64,000 bases of DNA, taken from Antedon mediterranea. Its lineage: Eukaryota > Animalia > Echinodermata. A program made the position numbers and the translations under genes. The notes beneath the pieces were generated by a model. That model had not been told where the DNA came from. It saw only the letters and a list, made by a program, of their open reading frames with translations, and made no database searches. Position 1 is the first letter of the stretch. The number at the start of each line of letters is the position of its first letter. Shown piece after piece: positions 1 to 13,178 of this stretch. The stretch covers positions 17,031,881-17,095,880 of the forward strand of contig NC_092678.1 in NCBI RefSeq assembly GCF_964355755.1. The letters are read 5' to 3'.

Positions 1-3000
1 ATATTAAATATCACATTTAACATAAAAATTCGGGTTTTGGATAGAATTTTGCTTAAAAACATATACAAAAAACATCGATAAAAAATACTTTTCGTATTCA
101 AAAACATTTGATACTTGGTATACATGTTCACTATTGGTTGCTCTATTCACAGAAGAAAATTGCATTCATGAACGTTTTTTGTTGGTTGTTTTTTCAAAAT
201 AGTTATTAGCTTGAAAAAAATGAGTTGGAATTGTATGGTCTTTCATAAGTGTACATTTTGTAAAAACGTAAATTTAAAAAATCAGTGATATGGCTTGATA
301 GTTATTTTTTGTTTGCAATATGGATGGAGCAACCTATATTGAACATTTATACCAAGTATCAAATGTTTTTGAATACGAAAAGTATTTTTTATCGATGTTT
401 TTTGTATATGTTTTTAAGCAAAATTATATCCAAAACCTGAATTTGTAATGTTAAATGTAATTTATTTAAGTGCTTTGAATACGTTGATGAAATTTGGAGA
501 TATGAAACTTTGTTAGGAGTAGATACAGTTTCCAGCATTAAATGTTAAAAATATGTTTATATTACTCATTAATTGATAATAATTATTAATATATTAATAG
601 AAAACTAGAGAGGGCACTTTTCGACATGAAAATGAATGTTTTTTATGTGCGTTATTATTCCGCTCGAGTTTATTCAATGTACTGTAATATACACTGTTAT
701 ACTATTTTATTGGAAAGTAATTATTTTTGTGTGAATCTTCTTGGAGTTGTTTGAAAGCGTATCCGCTTACTTCTTTTCTTCAGAAAACATCTAATTTAGG
801 TCTTAAAGTGACAACTATACACCTCACACCACCAACCTCCAACACACTAGTTTCTGCCCACACACACTTCATCTCCTGAACTAACATAGTACAGTATAAG
901 TCAAATAAATTTTTAAATTTTTTTTTATTGCTGCCTCAAAAAATATTATATAATAGTAACAATATCAGAAAGGTAGATAGGTATTGTAATAATTTTTAAA
1001 TTTAAAAATGTTTAAAAAAATATGAATATATGTTTATACATACATTATAAATGAAATATATTAACTACTATTTTAGTAATGCATACACAAGTACAGAATA
1101 TCAGAAATCAATGAATCATGTGTCTAAATGTGGCATTATTAGGCTAATTTGCTTTGAGAAAAACATGGATGCCATTGGCCTATACAGAAATCAAGGCAAT
1201 TAGACAAAATATTTACATAAACAATTACGGTAATACTAATATTGGTAGGCATAAAATAATAGTGTATATAAACTTTCCTTAAATAATAACAGTATAGGGC
1301 CTTACCAATTTATTTAATACATAATATATGAACTATATTACACAAAAAAAGTATAAATGAATTTATAAGGACATGATGATTATCAAAAATAGTCAATATA
1401 ATTAAATTTTAAACTCATTACCGGCATTATAAATAATATTTTAAAAAGATAAGAATGCAAGTAAATATCAGATTCATAGTCCTCATTATACACAATGATT
1501 TTCTACTATCACAAAAATAAAATATAATACAATCATGTAGCCTTTAATGAGTTTACATGGAGGTCTATTCAAATAAATTTAAATAAAAGGGTCATAATAT
1601 GTCTTCGTCTCCAGTTCGTGGAAATTGAAGTTAGGATTCCATCATTTCAACAACAACAAATATTCAAAATATCCTGTCAGTTTGCGTTCAAGACCTGCAA
1701 CCTGCTTAGTTTTTAATACGAGTACTGCTTTCTATACACATAACTTTGATTTCTGCAAAAAAAAAAAAAATCTGTAATAATGTACTTTAATTACTGTAAT
1801 AATCTAGGTATAGATTATGTTGACCGGGCCAGTGAGAGTGTGATCGACTGTACTACCATAAGTCCTCTAGTGTATACAACTTATTTCTTGTCTAGAAAGT
1901 GTATAGTAGTATGCTAATAGTACTATTATTAGATTAGGTAGTTGGGAGTAGCTTGGAGAGATACATCTATCTATAAAAGAGTACTGTATATATGGAACTA
2001 TCTGTGTTAGCCGCCTTTCTATTTTTAGATATAATACCAATAGGTACTATGTATTGGGAAACAATTCAACAGTTATGAATAAAAAAAGTCATATGTACTC
2101 TGTATGTTGGAGGAAATAAGCATAAGAGCAAAGAAAGCCTTGACCACAGGGTGTAAGTCACTATTTTGAATCAGTAGTATGACTTCTTAAGAAGTAATTT
2201 AAAAATTATCATTGTATGATCAAAAAGAAATATTATAATATCTAACTTTCTCCATTATATAAATATATTATTTTATCCAAGGGGTTGCAAACACAAGTGT
2301 TCACATGTCTTGTTAAGTATTAAGCACCTTTGTCCTGTCTTTATGTTGTCTGTAATGTCACTGCACTAACGGGTGACCGGTAAACGAGCTTCGCTCTTAC
2401 GGTTATCCATCCATATAAGTTGTTCATCTCTTATGTTCAGAAATTGAAATGGTAAATAAACTGAAACTGAAACTGACGTGCTTATGTGGTACAGGTTGAC
2501 GAGCCAGGAATGGTGGTAGTGCCAGTATACTGTGTAGTTTAGCCTCAAGGCAATACCATGTACCGTAGCTGGAGTAGGTTGGACAAATACAGTAGAGATT
2601 TATGAGACTTGGTGTGTGATGATTCAGTATGATAAATTTGTGCTGTGAAAGACAAAATTGTAGAATTAGGAAGAAAATATTGTAAAATATAACAAAGAAA
2701 TTATACTATAGTATAATTAAGGGGTAACCGTATAATACATAATTAATAGTAATAAAGGCAATGGCAATTACTTATATTATGTATACATTACAATATTACA
2801 AATAAATTCATATATTATTTTATTATAAGGAAATCTGTTTTAGAATGAGAAAAAGCCGTCCCAACACAGATTTGAACCCAGCTATAAATAAAGCTATAAA
2901 TAAAGCTATAAAACAAAATAGACCATATTGTAGCCGGACTGGGTAGCGTAGACTTACTTGAGGCCTAGGCATAGTACGATTAGCTAGAAGGATACAGGTC

Positions 3001-3874
3001 AACCCGTACCCATGCCATGCCAACACGCTCGTACCCAAATTTTGGTTTACATAATATCCAAAATGTTGGCTTACTCGTACCCATCATGGGCTGCCTAGTA
3101 GTAGTAGTAGTAGTAGTAGCCTAGCCTAAGGCAGCAGGCCCGGCCCTAGCCTACTACAACTTAAGTCTAGGCCTAGCCTAGTACTAGTAGGCCTCTAGGA
3201 CTAGCCTAGGCCCTAGTAGTTAACATCGTACATACGCCCTAGAGCCTAGTAGTAGCTACCTACTACTCACTAGCTAGGCCTAGGTAGTAGCAGTAGTAGT
3301 TATTGTAGTAGTATTATTGTATTGTAGTATTAGTGGTAGCTGTCCGGTGATCCTTGGTCACTTGTCTAGATCCCCTAGTAGGCCTAGGCTAGGCCTAGTA
3401 CGTAGTTATTCTTCAACAGTCACACAATTCAGATTCTGCCGGCTGCTGATTGCTAGTGAACAGGGGGAGGGAGAGAAAGAGTTAGAAGAACTGAAATAAG
3501 CCGTGACGTATAATAAACATCATACAAAATAATAATATAACTAACGAATCCGTATAATATAATAATGTTGTATGTTATAAAGTAAAGTAAATGCGTTTAA
3601 TATAATACAATTATATTATAATATAATGTATTTTATTAATAATATAATATTAAATGTTCATAATATAATGCTAAAACCAAATAATATAATACAAAAAGTC
3701 AATAATTTGTTACATTTTTCACATAATATATTAGAAATAGATATAATATAATGCTAAAACCAAGTAATATAATGCAAAACGTATAATTCAATACAATACA
3801 ATATATAATATAATAAAAAAATGATATAATAATATAATATTTTGAATACTTCAGACAGCTGAGGCTTGCCATAC
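1..3874. mobile_element. Giant foldback (palindromic) element, copy 1: inner end of left arm, spacer (~144-327) and full right arm; rest of left arm lies outside the window
   Basis: 1-143 and 328-470 are inverted repeats around a spacer that is the reverse complement of 31285-31467. 328-3874 is colinear with 31468-35007 and ends in the same terminus ...CAGCTGAGGCTTGCCATAC. Confidence 0.93.
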
Positions 3875-5088
3875 TAACAGACTCCACTAATCAACATATT
3901 TATTTCATACAATTATAATATGTTTATGTTTAATAAATCCATCCCATTGGTTTGTCCCATTTTATTTTTCTTTGGATTTATCTATGCAAACATATTTTCA
4001 TTTAAACAATGCATATTCTCTGTTATACTAATTACTTACTAACTTTTTACTGTTAACATTATATTTTCCTCATCCTTTAACATTGATTTTTTTTTTATCT
4101 TTAAATGTTTACAACATTTATTTCCAACAGATTATCCTTTTTTTTTTGCATCTACAGTATAACCCATCAAAGTTTCATTTAACTTTTATTTTTCGTATGT
4201 GGGTTCATTCAATTTTTTTTTTTACTTATTATTTATTCTATTATTTTTTTATACATACATTATCATTTAACAACATTTATGTTTAATGATCCATTAAAAA
4301 AAATTATACATTTTTTTTTCTTTTTAACCATTTTATCATTTCAAAATTCCACATGCAGTAAGAATGTGCAAATTACATATATATATACCTATAATATGAA
4401 AGCTTTGATGAAAACACTTCACCACTTAAACCTAAAACCTTCTTATCCTTCATCATTTTTTTATCATCAATCTATAAAAAGCTTTTCACATTTTGTCTTT
4501 TTGTTTTCAAATCATCAAGGTATACATATTTACAAAACATACAATATAGAAGTAAAAAAAAAAAAACATAATAGATTCATCATTCATGGTATCTCATCCT
4601 AATTTCAAAATTAATATTAAACGCACCCATTTTTTTGAATTAGCATACTCAGGGATGTATTGTCCCACAAAAGCATGAAAAAAATAAAGATTTTTTATTA
4701 TTCTTCATTTATCAGACTTATAATAGGCTTTTTTTTTAGTTTTAATAAAGTTAAGCAATTCCATAGAAAAGACCGAAATTATAATGTTTCTACTTATAAA
4801 AAGACAAAATAAACAGATTAGGCTAATTTCAACACAACCTCATTGAACTGGCAGCGCAGCTAATTTGATTATTTCCTTTTTCAAGTAAATATATTTCTTA
4901 AAATCCAATTGGTCAATGTGAATAACTCTTATGTGACATTAAAATAGCATATTCAACAAAAAATTCCAAAAAATATATTTTTTCAAGGGATAAAAAATCT
5001 TCAATTCTCATTTTACTCATATTTCAGGTTATAGCCTAAAATGTGAATAATTTCTTGCACCAATTAAATTTAAAAATAACTCACTTAC

Positions 5089-5430
5089 CCGGTGGAACAA
5101 TTACTGCTGTAACTGTTGCATTAAATCCTCTCTTTGTTACAATATCATCAGTAGCTAAAGCAATCCGCATTGTGTTGTTGTTGGAAACTAGAGAATCAAA
5201 TGTTAAACCTGTAAACCTAACTTTATTTTCATTTCCTGCAAATGCTATATCCAAATAATCCCATCCGTCCTCCAGTTGAAAGTCGTTGAACTCAAGATAA
5301 ATGAACAACTCTGGAGAGGTTGTAACCATCCATTCACACTTTAAATTGTTGTCGTAGTTCTTCGGATAATTAGGAGACCAAAATGCATATGATGAGTTCT
5401 CAGATTCAAGATGAATATCCTGGTTACATT
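5089..5430 (-). CDS. CUB-domain exon (342 bp, phase 1-1) of a secreted or cell-surface protein
   Basis: Translation ECNQDIHLES...FWSPNYPKNYDNNLKCEW...IYLEFNDFQLEDGWDYLDI...RFTG...MRIALATDDIVTKRGFNATV matches the CUB consensus (SPNYP, C-x-W, F-x-L-E, DYL, GF-x-A). Acceptor TTTCTCTTGCAG precedes 5430 and donor GTAAGT follows 5089. Confidence 0.92.
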
Positions 5431-5629
5431 CTGCAAGAGAAATAAGATAATAATAATACACGGAATGTAGGCCTATTGTTACTATTGTATTGATAGAAAT
5501 ATAGCGTGATTAATAATTTAGGTAATCACAATATTTGATATTTTCAAAATAACCTTAAAGGTAATATATCCGGCTAATCCTGTATATCTAATTGTTAATG
5601 ATGGTTTTAATATGATAGGCCTAATAATG

Positions 5630-5725
5630 ATAAGGATAATGATAATGATAATGAAAATAATAATAGTTCATTCTTATAGCGCATTATAAGCAGGCTCTCA
5701 ATGCGCTGCACATTATTACCCCGGG
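5630..5725 (-). mobile_element. L2/CR1-type LINE or SINE 3' tail remnant
   Basis: Minus strand reads GCGCATTGAGAGCC...GCGCTATAAGAATGAAC(TAT)n. A similar tail GCGCCTTGAG...GCGCTATAAAAATC(TTA)n occurs at 53190-53255. Confidence 0.5.
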
Positions 5726-6244
5726 AATTGTTTTGGATAATACACGTATGAAAACATACTCCCATATTACTAGTTATTTTTACCTATCCATGTGATTTTA
5801 TATATAGTTTTAACAACAATTATTGTCATTTAATCAGGCCGTGCTACAGTATAAAATAGGGTACACAAAATACATGAAATTACATTAGATTACAAATGTA
5901 CAAATAGTAATTAATCAGTAATTGCCCCGGTCCAGTTATCCCATTTAGGCCTATAAAAGTGTGAATTTTATCAATTATTACCTATTGATGAAAAATATTT
6001 GATTTGTGTGTATACTTCGTAAATAAAGTCCGTTTACTACCAGGTGTCCAGTTTTAACTGTACAAGGAAAGTTAGCACCTACTCTTAACCTAAATCTGCA
6101 CATGCGCCAAAGCTTGGTGTTCACAAACATGTGTGTACCAGGTAAATACGATTTACCAATAACATAGCCTTCTTAACTTAATGTAAAATTAAATAAACAA
6201 CAATCGTCTGACTGACTTCATGTTATTGTTTAAACTCATAGTCA

Positions 6245-6630
6245 GATAATTTTTAGTATGTTATATAGAAAGAGAATCACGATTGATAAAGAGAGATAAA
6301 CACATTTGAGTAAAATTATGATTTCCAATGAATTCTTAAATGTTGACAATTAGTTGGGCAATTGTTTTTTATAACTTTGTTTTACAGAATTGTAGTTTTC
6401 TGTAGAAAAGGAATCACGGTTTCTCCAGATAGAAATGATTTTGTAAAATTGCGGGGAATTACAAATTCCAATCCACACATTATAAGTTTTTTAAAAATCT
6501 GTCGGGAAATTGTTACTATGTTCTACAGTATTGACCATTTTTCTGTAGAAAGAGAATCACGGTTGGTAATTGCTCAAGATAGAAACGATTGTGTAAAAGT
6601 GTGGGGAATTACGACTTTCAATCAATTCTC
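6245..6630. repeat. Three diverged tandem units (~130-150 bp) in the first coding intron of the CUB gene
   Basis: TAGAAAGAGAATCACG(A/G)TT-like core recurs at ~6266, ~6403 and ~6546. AGATAGAAA..GATT..GTAAAA.TG.GGGGAATTAC recurs in the last two units. Confidence 0.65.
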
Positions 6631-6687
6631 AGATATGTTTTTGATTTAAAAAGTTAAACAAGTTGAAGTACTTGAAAGCATACTTAC

Positions 6688-6748
6688 GAACAGAACAGCT
6701 TGAAAACGGTACAACAACCAACAACATGATAACGCTAAAGATAAACAT
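6688..6748 (-). CDS. First coding exon (signal peptide) of the CUB-domain gene
   Basis: ATG at 6748 gives MFIFSVIMLLVVVPFSSCSV, a hydrophobic stretch with a small-residue end. It is followed by a phase-1 GTAAGT donor compatible with the phase-1 CUB exon. Confidence 0.72.
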
Positions 6749-7629
6749 CTTGTTTAAGTAATTCTGTACTGATTTGTTGACGATTTTACGCAATTCCGTA
6801 AGTTCACTCACTCATATTCGCGAATTAAACTTACCTCCGTGATTCTTTTCAACTTATAACACTTGTTTTCGTTGGTCTTATGTTATATTATGATATTGCT
6901 TTTAGACAATTTTAAAAATTGATCAGATAAATCGTATAACCAGGCCTATACTAAATAAATTAAGAGTTTGTTACAGATGTTGCAATCATTATGTTATTCT
7001 ATTATTTAAACTTTGGTAGAAGCGTTTTTATGTACTTTTTTTTACAGACAAGAGATGACAATGTATGTGTGTCGATATAGAGTTCTTGTTATCTGGTGAC
7101 GTAGGCCTACACGGCATTGTATATACAGTTTCAGTTGTATTGACAGGATTGTTATCCCAAAGTAATTAAAAGAAAGTAAAATAATATTTGAGTAACAATA
7201 ATGTGGCATAATTCAGAGGCGAATTCAATGGGATGTGGGGACCAGCCGGCCCGGTGCGTCTTATAAACGTGTGCCGCTGATACAAAAGCGTGTGTTAAAT
7301 AAAGTTTACTTTTTCGTCTTATCACTAAACTCCTGATAAAAATCACTTCCGATCTTGTTATATGTTTGTAAACGTTTAATTGAATAATCAGAACCGTTGA
7401 TTAATTATTTATTTGTTTATCAACCGTTGAGAGAAGATTGATTGATTGTATACGGGTACATCTGTTAAAGTCTTCATTTGGCCATCAGTTGTATACATAA
7501 TGCATATATATACATATATATATTTCATCGTATTATTTATGTTTCAAAGAAGTAATAATTATTAAATCTTCTTATCTGATTTTTTATTTATTTAATGAGG
7601 GGAGTTGTGATTTTGACCTTAGAAAAAAT

Positions 7630-7707
7630 CCTGACAAGACGGTAATTGAACCTAGGACCATTGGAGTGGTAGTCAAGCATCATAACCACCAAGCCACAAC
7701 TCCACTC
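7630..7707 (-). mobile_element. Degenerate tRNA-derived SINE head
   Basis: Minus strand shows an A box (TGGCTTGGTGG) and B box (GGTTCAATT) at tRNA spacing, with no intact cloverleaf. Confidence 0.55.
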
Positions 7708-7924
7708 CAGATAAAAATATCTATGTTAAACCAAAAGTAGTATCTGTTTGTTGTTTTCATTATGTTCATGCCAAACACACACATAGTTATTCATTTTAGT
7801 GGAGTTGATGAATGAAATTATTTCAATACTAACAATTCACTCCTTTGCTAACCTACTGCAAGACAAATTGTTGATAAATAAATCATGATAACAACCTCAT
7901 TGTTCTTCTCTCCTCTTATTATAT

Positions 7925-8235
7925 AAAGTTTGGTTCCCAATTGGACGCAACGTAAGAACGTAGACGCAACGCAAGCGAGTTGACCAGTGACAAGCGACAG
8001 TTCGAATAATCCATCGCTTGTGATTGGTCAAATCCCTTTCGTCGTGTGTCTAGTGAGAACCAAGTTTAAAAGATAGCGTAAAGCTTGGTTCGAACTTGGA
8101 CAACGTAAGGACGTAACGCAACGCGATTTGACCAATCTCAAGCGATAGATTATTCCAACAGCCGCGTGTGATTGGTCAACTCGCTTGCGTTGCGTCTACC
8201 TCCTTGCGCTGCGTCCTAGTGGGAACCGAGGTTTA
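7925..8235. mobile_element. Two adjacent ~145 bp palindromic MITEs, probably PIF/Harbinger-like
   Basis: Each unit is bounded by AAG(C/T)TTGGTTC...GAACC(A/G)AG and has an internal inverted TTGACCAATCACAAGCGA/TCGCTTGTGATTGGTCAA pair. Degraded relatives occur at 26265-26605. Confidence 0.75.
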
Positions 8236-8776
8236 AGGCTGTGTTTTCCCCGCAGCGTAACACAATTGATCGGTCAACCAAACAGATGATTAAAACAAAA
8301 ATAAAGTGCGCATTCACAACGCAACAATGTATCTTTTATGTAAACAAAAAATACAAAAAAATAATTATATCCTAATTATCTTATCCTATTTTTGCTATTT
8401 TGATATTTCAATGTAAATGTCTTTGTACATATTATTAACTGTAGTTTAGCGCATCTCGCTGACCTGGTTTCATGTTTTTAATATCAAAGCGTCAACAATT
8501 GCAGGGAAGATTAATGACCATTAGGTAAACCCGATTGTTTACATTTTATTTTCTGAATCATGTTATTCTGTATAAATATGTTTTAAATAAATGAAATAAA
8601 CGTTTTAAATGTTTATTCAATATTGCCGCGCGCCAACAACAGGGTTTATTTTTTAAAAGTTTGTGCTTTCTTGTCGACAATAGAGGGCCTCCCATAAAAA
8701 CGGTGATGGCGACGCCCATGATACTTCTAAAGGTCTTTCAGTTCGCGGAATGATTTTTGTAAATAAACAACAACAA

Positions 8777-8942
8777 ATGTTTAGAGCTTTGTATGACTAT
8801 CAAAGTAAAGATGGGAAGTCTATAAACTTTCAGAAAGGGCAACGGTTTACCTTGCTTGACAAAAGCAACGGTCATTGGTGGAAAGTTATGTCCAATCAGT
8901 CCGGTATGGTAGCCGAATTATGTCACAAAAGATGATAGTCAG
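8777..8942 (+). pseudogene. NCKIPSD: Frameshifted N-terminal SH3 exon resembling NCKIPSD/SPIN90 exon 1
   Basis: MFRALYDYQSKDGKSINFQKGQRFTLLDKSNGHWWKV...SGMV, then a frame switch at ~8912 to PNYVTKDD; the GYVP motif is deleted. An SH3 starting at Met1 (M-x-RALY...HWW) recalls NCKIPSD. Upstream sequence is CpG-rich (8625-8750). No downstream exons recognised. Confidence 0.55.
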
Positions 8943-8944
8943 GT

Positions 8945-9800
8945 TCCTCATGTATGAAAATACGGGTTCCGTAGGATTTTAATGCCCAAAGTGAGATTTC
9001 ACTTGATTTTACGTTATTATAGTGCTAGGATACCAAAAATGCTAGGTAAACAATTTTCACGATCCTGTAACCATGGTAACAGCCCCAAGTTCAAAATGGC
9101 GACCAAATGGCCATATCTCCATAACCCTTTGGTCTATTGGCAAGATATTGGTATCAAAATACTCGGAATATATATATTTATTTTCGTTGTAATGGAACAT
9201 TTTTACTAAATGCAACCAGAAATGCTATTTGCTGTACTATTGACCCTTGAACTTGCCTCGTACTGTATCTTAAAAACGGCTCGTCATAAAAATAAAAATG
9301 GTCTCAAAATTGCTCAGGCCTTACATATTTATATTTAATGTAATGCAATATTTTGTTAAAAAATGTCCGGAAGCAAAGTTATTGACCTTTGACATAGAGA
9401 ATAGCTTACAAAGATTTTTATTCAGTAGTCTCTGATCATATCTCCATAACCCTTTGGTCTATTGACAAGATAATGATATCAAAATACTCGGAATAAATAT
9501 ATTTATATTTGTTGTAATAGAAAATTTTTACTAAATGCTATTTTTCTGCACTATTGACCATTGACCTTGACTCGCACTGTATCTAAAAACGGCAAAAAAA
9601 CATTTCAAAACTCCCTTTTCTTGTTCGTTGCTCATGATTTTCCTTTTTATCTTATCAGGTTTCCGTTCCATAAAAAACTTAAACATCTTACCTTGTATAT
9701 TATTGAAGAAAGTGATTTGGTGGGTCCAGTAAGTTTGAAAAGTGAAAAGTTAAAATTGGCAGAACCAGTGTTTTTATTATAGTATTTTTTCCAAATAAAG
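8945..9800. mobile_element. Non-autonomous DNA-transposon-like repeat with internal ~330 bp duplication
   Basis: 9112-9280 is repeated at 9437-9590 (CATATCTCCATAACCCTTTGGTCTATTG...TATTGACC). CAAAATGGCG and TTGACCTT motifs also occur in 51945-52550. Termini not resolved. Confidence 0.45.
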
Positions 9801-11735
9801 TTATGGATCTTTGGCTCCACAATAATAATAATTTTATTGAAACTACACCTTTACAACGGTGGAACACATTCATACACGCTGCGTTCTATATACAGATAGA
9901 CATTCAACAGATACAACATAATAAAAAGCAAACAGATACAAAATAAAACTAGTCAACCGACCGACTCGATCGCTATCGTAGTCGTACGTCACTTATGCAT
10001 TATACAATGAGTTAAAAAGAAAAGAAATGCAAACAATTGTTAAGTAGTACAGTAACTGGGAAAAAAATAATATTGTACCAAAATTTAAAAATAGTAATAC
10101 AACAAATTCAAACTAAATAGATCTCTATACCGCAACAAAACAAAAACATTACATGCTATCTGCGAGTTGTATAAGATTGTTTCGTATTTTCCATGATATT
10201 GTTATGTATACTTTACAAAATTTGTCAAGACTCAATAGAACATTATTACTGAGGGGAAGTGTATCCGTCCCCAGAAGATATAACATTTTGTCGTCATTGC
10301 TACTGGTGCAGAATGTTTCCCAAACATCTAACTCGTTATGAAAAATTAAGTCTTGTTTAAGTAGGCCTATATTTAGCTGTTCTTCTCTTACACATTGTAA
10401 TGCATCACAACTAAATAAAAAGTGAGATATGTCCTCTATATTTCCAGAGTTACATAATGAACAGAGAACATCATTATCCACGGTCCATTTACTTAATTTA
10501 AAATTTAAAGGGAGAGTATTGGAACGGGCTTGACATTTAAGACGGGCACCATTAAAATTTGTTTTATCAAGTAAAAACTTTTCAAGATCCGGCTTTGATT
10601 TTGACTTTGCATAAAAAGATAGCGACGATTTAGATGGGAGGTCCTCTGACCATTAATTATTTACATTATCTAAAATATTTTGTTTCAGTAAATTAAACCA
10701 ATTTTCCAAAGTGCGATTGTTAATAACATTGTTAAAAATATGCATGCATTCAAATCTACAGAAAGTGGTGCGTACACAACTAACGAATTTATATCGTAAT
10801 TCTTTTGTGTTGTAATTAAGCGTAGTCTTGTACAATAGGTTGGGCCATCGTTTCTAATTTAACCCGACTAAACGTTCAAATAATTTTAGTTGTAATATGT
10901 TATGAGATACGGTTAAGGGTATCCATCCTAAATCTCCATATAAGGCCATTTTCGGTGTATACGCTGGTGCTTTTAGAATATATTGTGTCATCTGCATTTG
11001 AAGCCGTTCCAGTCTCTCAATATCTGAATTGGATACTCCAGTCCAAACAGAGCAACCATAATTAATAGAAGGTAAAACTATTGTTTTCCTTATGATATTT
11101 CCGTAATAAACTCTGTCAAAGTCATCAAGATTATCAATTATAGATTTAACTTATGAAACTAATCTATTACCCTTTTTAACAACATTGTCAATATGCGAAT
11201 GTTCACATACATTTTTTTGATATTAGTACTCCTAGATATTGGTAGGTGTCTGTTTCTGTGATGTGATGTTTGTCAAGATCCCATTGTTTATATTTATTTA
11301 TCTTTTTTCCAAAAACCAAGACTTTTGATTTTTCATAGTTAAAATTAAGTTTCCAATAATTTGAAAATTCACCTGGTAATTTAAGCATGTTTTTAAGGTC
11401 ATGCTCATTATTGGCAGTTAGCACGACATCATCAGCCCAGAAAAGACTACCCATCCATTTATCTTGGATCTTAACACCAACATTATTTGAGTTATAACAA
11501 CTTCTTAAATTCATTAATAAAAATGTTAAAGAGTACAGGAGATAGAATACATCCCTGTTTAACTCCCTGATCAATTACAAATGAATCAGTAGAAATGTTT
11601 CCATATGGCTTTTAGTAGTCCTTCTCGCCATACACTGTCGAATGCCTTTCGGAAGTCCAGGAACGTCATATAGGTGTTTTTCCCTTCTGCAAATCTGCAG
11701 GCAGCAATACTTTTTAGTGTGAAAATGTGATCCTC
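9801..11735 (-). mobile_element. 5'-truncated, degraded non-LTR retrotransposon (RT plus C-terminal Zn finger)
   Basis: FLDFRKAFDSVWR (~11620-11665), LFWADDVV, YQYLGV and C-terminal CSLCNSGNIEDISHFLFSC. 3' end reads AATAAA(ATT)n at ~9822-9840. Several stops and frameshifts. Confidence 0.88.
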
Positions 11736-11749
11736 ATGTTTAGTATTTT

Positions 11750-12164
11750 ATCATATCTTTAGATTTTGGACAAAAATTTAAATCAAATATATTATCTAAA
11801 TTACTTGAAACATTATACCAAGGTATCGTATGGGTTCGTTAGTCTATAGTTTTGTTTGGTGAGAATTTTAAAATCCGAATTCCTTAATGAGCCCAATCTC
11901 ATTATATTACTTTTTTCATAATTTATCTTAAGCCCTGAGGATAAAGCAAATAAGTTCAAAGTGTCCATGATGGGCTTTATTTAATTGGAATCGTTTATAT
12001 AGAATACCGTGTCGTCAGCAAATTGACATAATTTAATGTTTACGTTATTATAGGATATACTTTCTATTTTTTCTGTTTGACGGACTGCATTGCCTAGGAT
12101 TTCCGCACATAGAATAAACAAGTATGGTGATAGAGGGCATCCTTATCGTAAACCACGACTAAGA
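11750..12164 (-). mobile_element. Tx1/L1-type reverse transcriptase fragment
   Basis: Minus strand reads SRGLR*GCPLSPYLFILCAEILGNAVR...LCQFADDT...GLKINYEKS...IRYLGI. Confidence 0.85.
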
Positions 12165-12167
12165 CTA

Positions 12168-12292
12168 AACAAGGCCACCAACAGCCATTAAGTCGCGTGC
12201 TACAATGCATAGTGATACCGGACAGACAGACAGACCGACAGACAGACCCACCGGCATAGTGAACCATAGAGTCGCGTGGACGCGACTAAAAA
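12168..12292 (+). mobile_element. Short Helentron/DINE-1-like non-autonomous element (family A, single module)
   Basis: AACAAGGCC head with AGTCGCGTG subterminal repeat, (GACA/GACC)n microsatellite, and 3' hairpin AGTCGCGTGGACGCGACT followed by an A run. Confidence 0.8.
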
Positions 12293-13178
12293 GGCAAAAT
12301 GTTGACGAATTTTTAAACTTTTTCATCAAAAACGTGCGCAAATTATCCAATTCGACGTGCTCGTATGACGTAATTTGAAGTCGAAATTGTTTAAAAGTTG
12401 GGAAAATTATTAAAAAAGGCTGCAAAAACATAAATCACGCAAAAAAAGTATGTATTTAACGCTATGTGCGCACCGCGCGCGTAAAAATTTGGGCGCGTAT
12501 AGGAATTTTTGACATGTCCAAAATGACAAGAAACGCGTAGAAAGTTGATTAAAAATTAATTTTGCACATTTTAACATTTTTAATGCGCGCGCGCGTCCGA
12601 CGCTTAAACGAATTCCTTAGGCACCGTAAATCCAAACTACATATTTCTACATTTGCCAGCCAGAAAAGTTAGTAGAGCTTTCGGGCAACACTAACCATTC
12701 ATCAGTGCAAGTGATATATATATATATAAACAATTCATACATTAAGGTAGTGATAAACATATCTAATAAAGTACAAAAACATGGTATGGCTCTTGAAAAA
12801 TAGGTAGCCAGGCCTACATGGCTCGTCCTATTACCGCTAAACAACAGCTCATCATGAGTAAGCATTGTTCCATAATAAGAGAAAAATTGAACATACTATG
12901 CATAGCCTACATATTTCCGGTACTTCACAAGTGAGCGTCATGTAATTATAATTAAGAAGGTCAATAATAACCTGTTTTGGTGTGGAATTTGAAATTAGAT
13001 GCATCATTAATAACATTTACTGGATGAAGGAAAGATATTTGATTTTGATAGTTATTAACCAAAATAACCACGGTGTATTCGGCAATGCCTATCTGCCTGC
13101 CTTGCACGACGTTGAGTACCGGCATTATGTAGACAAGATTATTGTTATTCATGAACGCTATTTTATTGGTTCCTATTG

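Noticed and set aside
5950-6160. Extra exon of the CUB gene
   Set aside because: Reads more like a decayed LINE RT C-terminus (MCRFRL...VKTG) with no clean splice sites. Too weak to annotate.
12647-13178. ORFs as possible 7TM or other exons completing the LRR gene
   Set aside because: No LGR/GPCR motifs or convincing splice sites in any frame.
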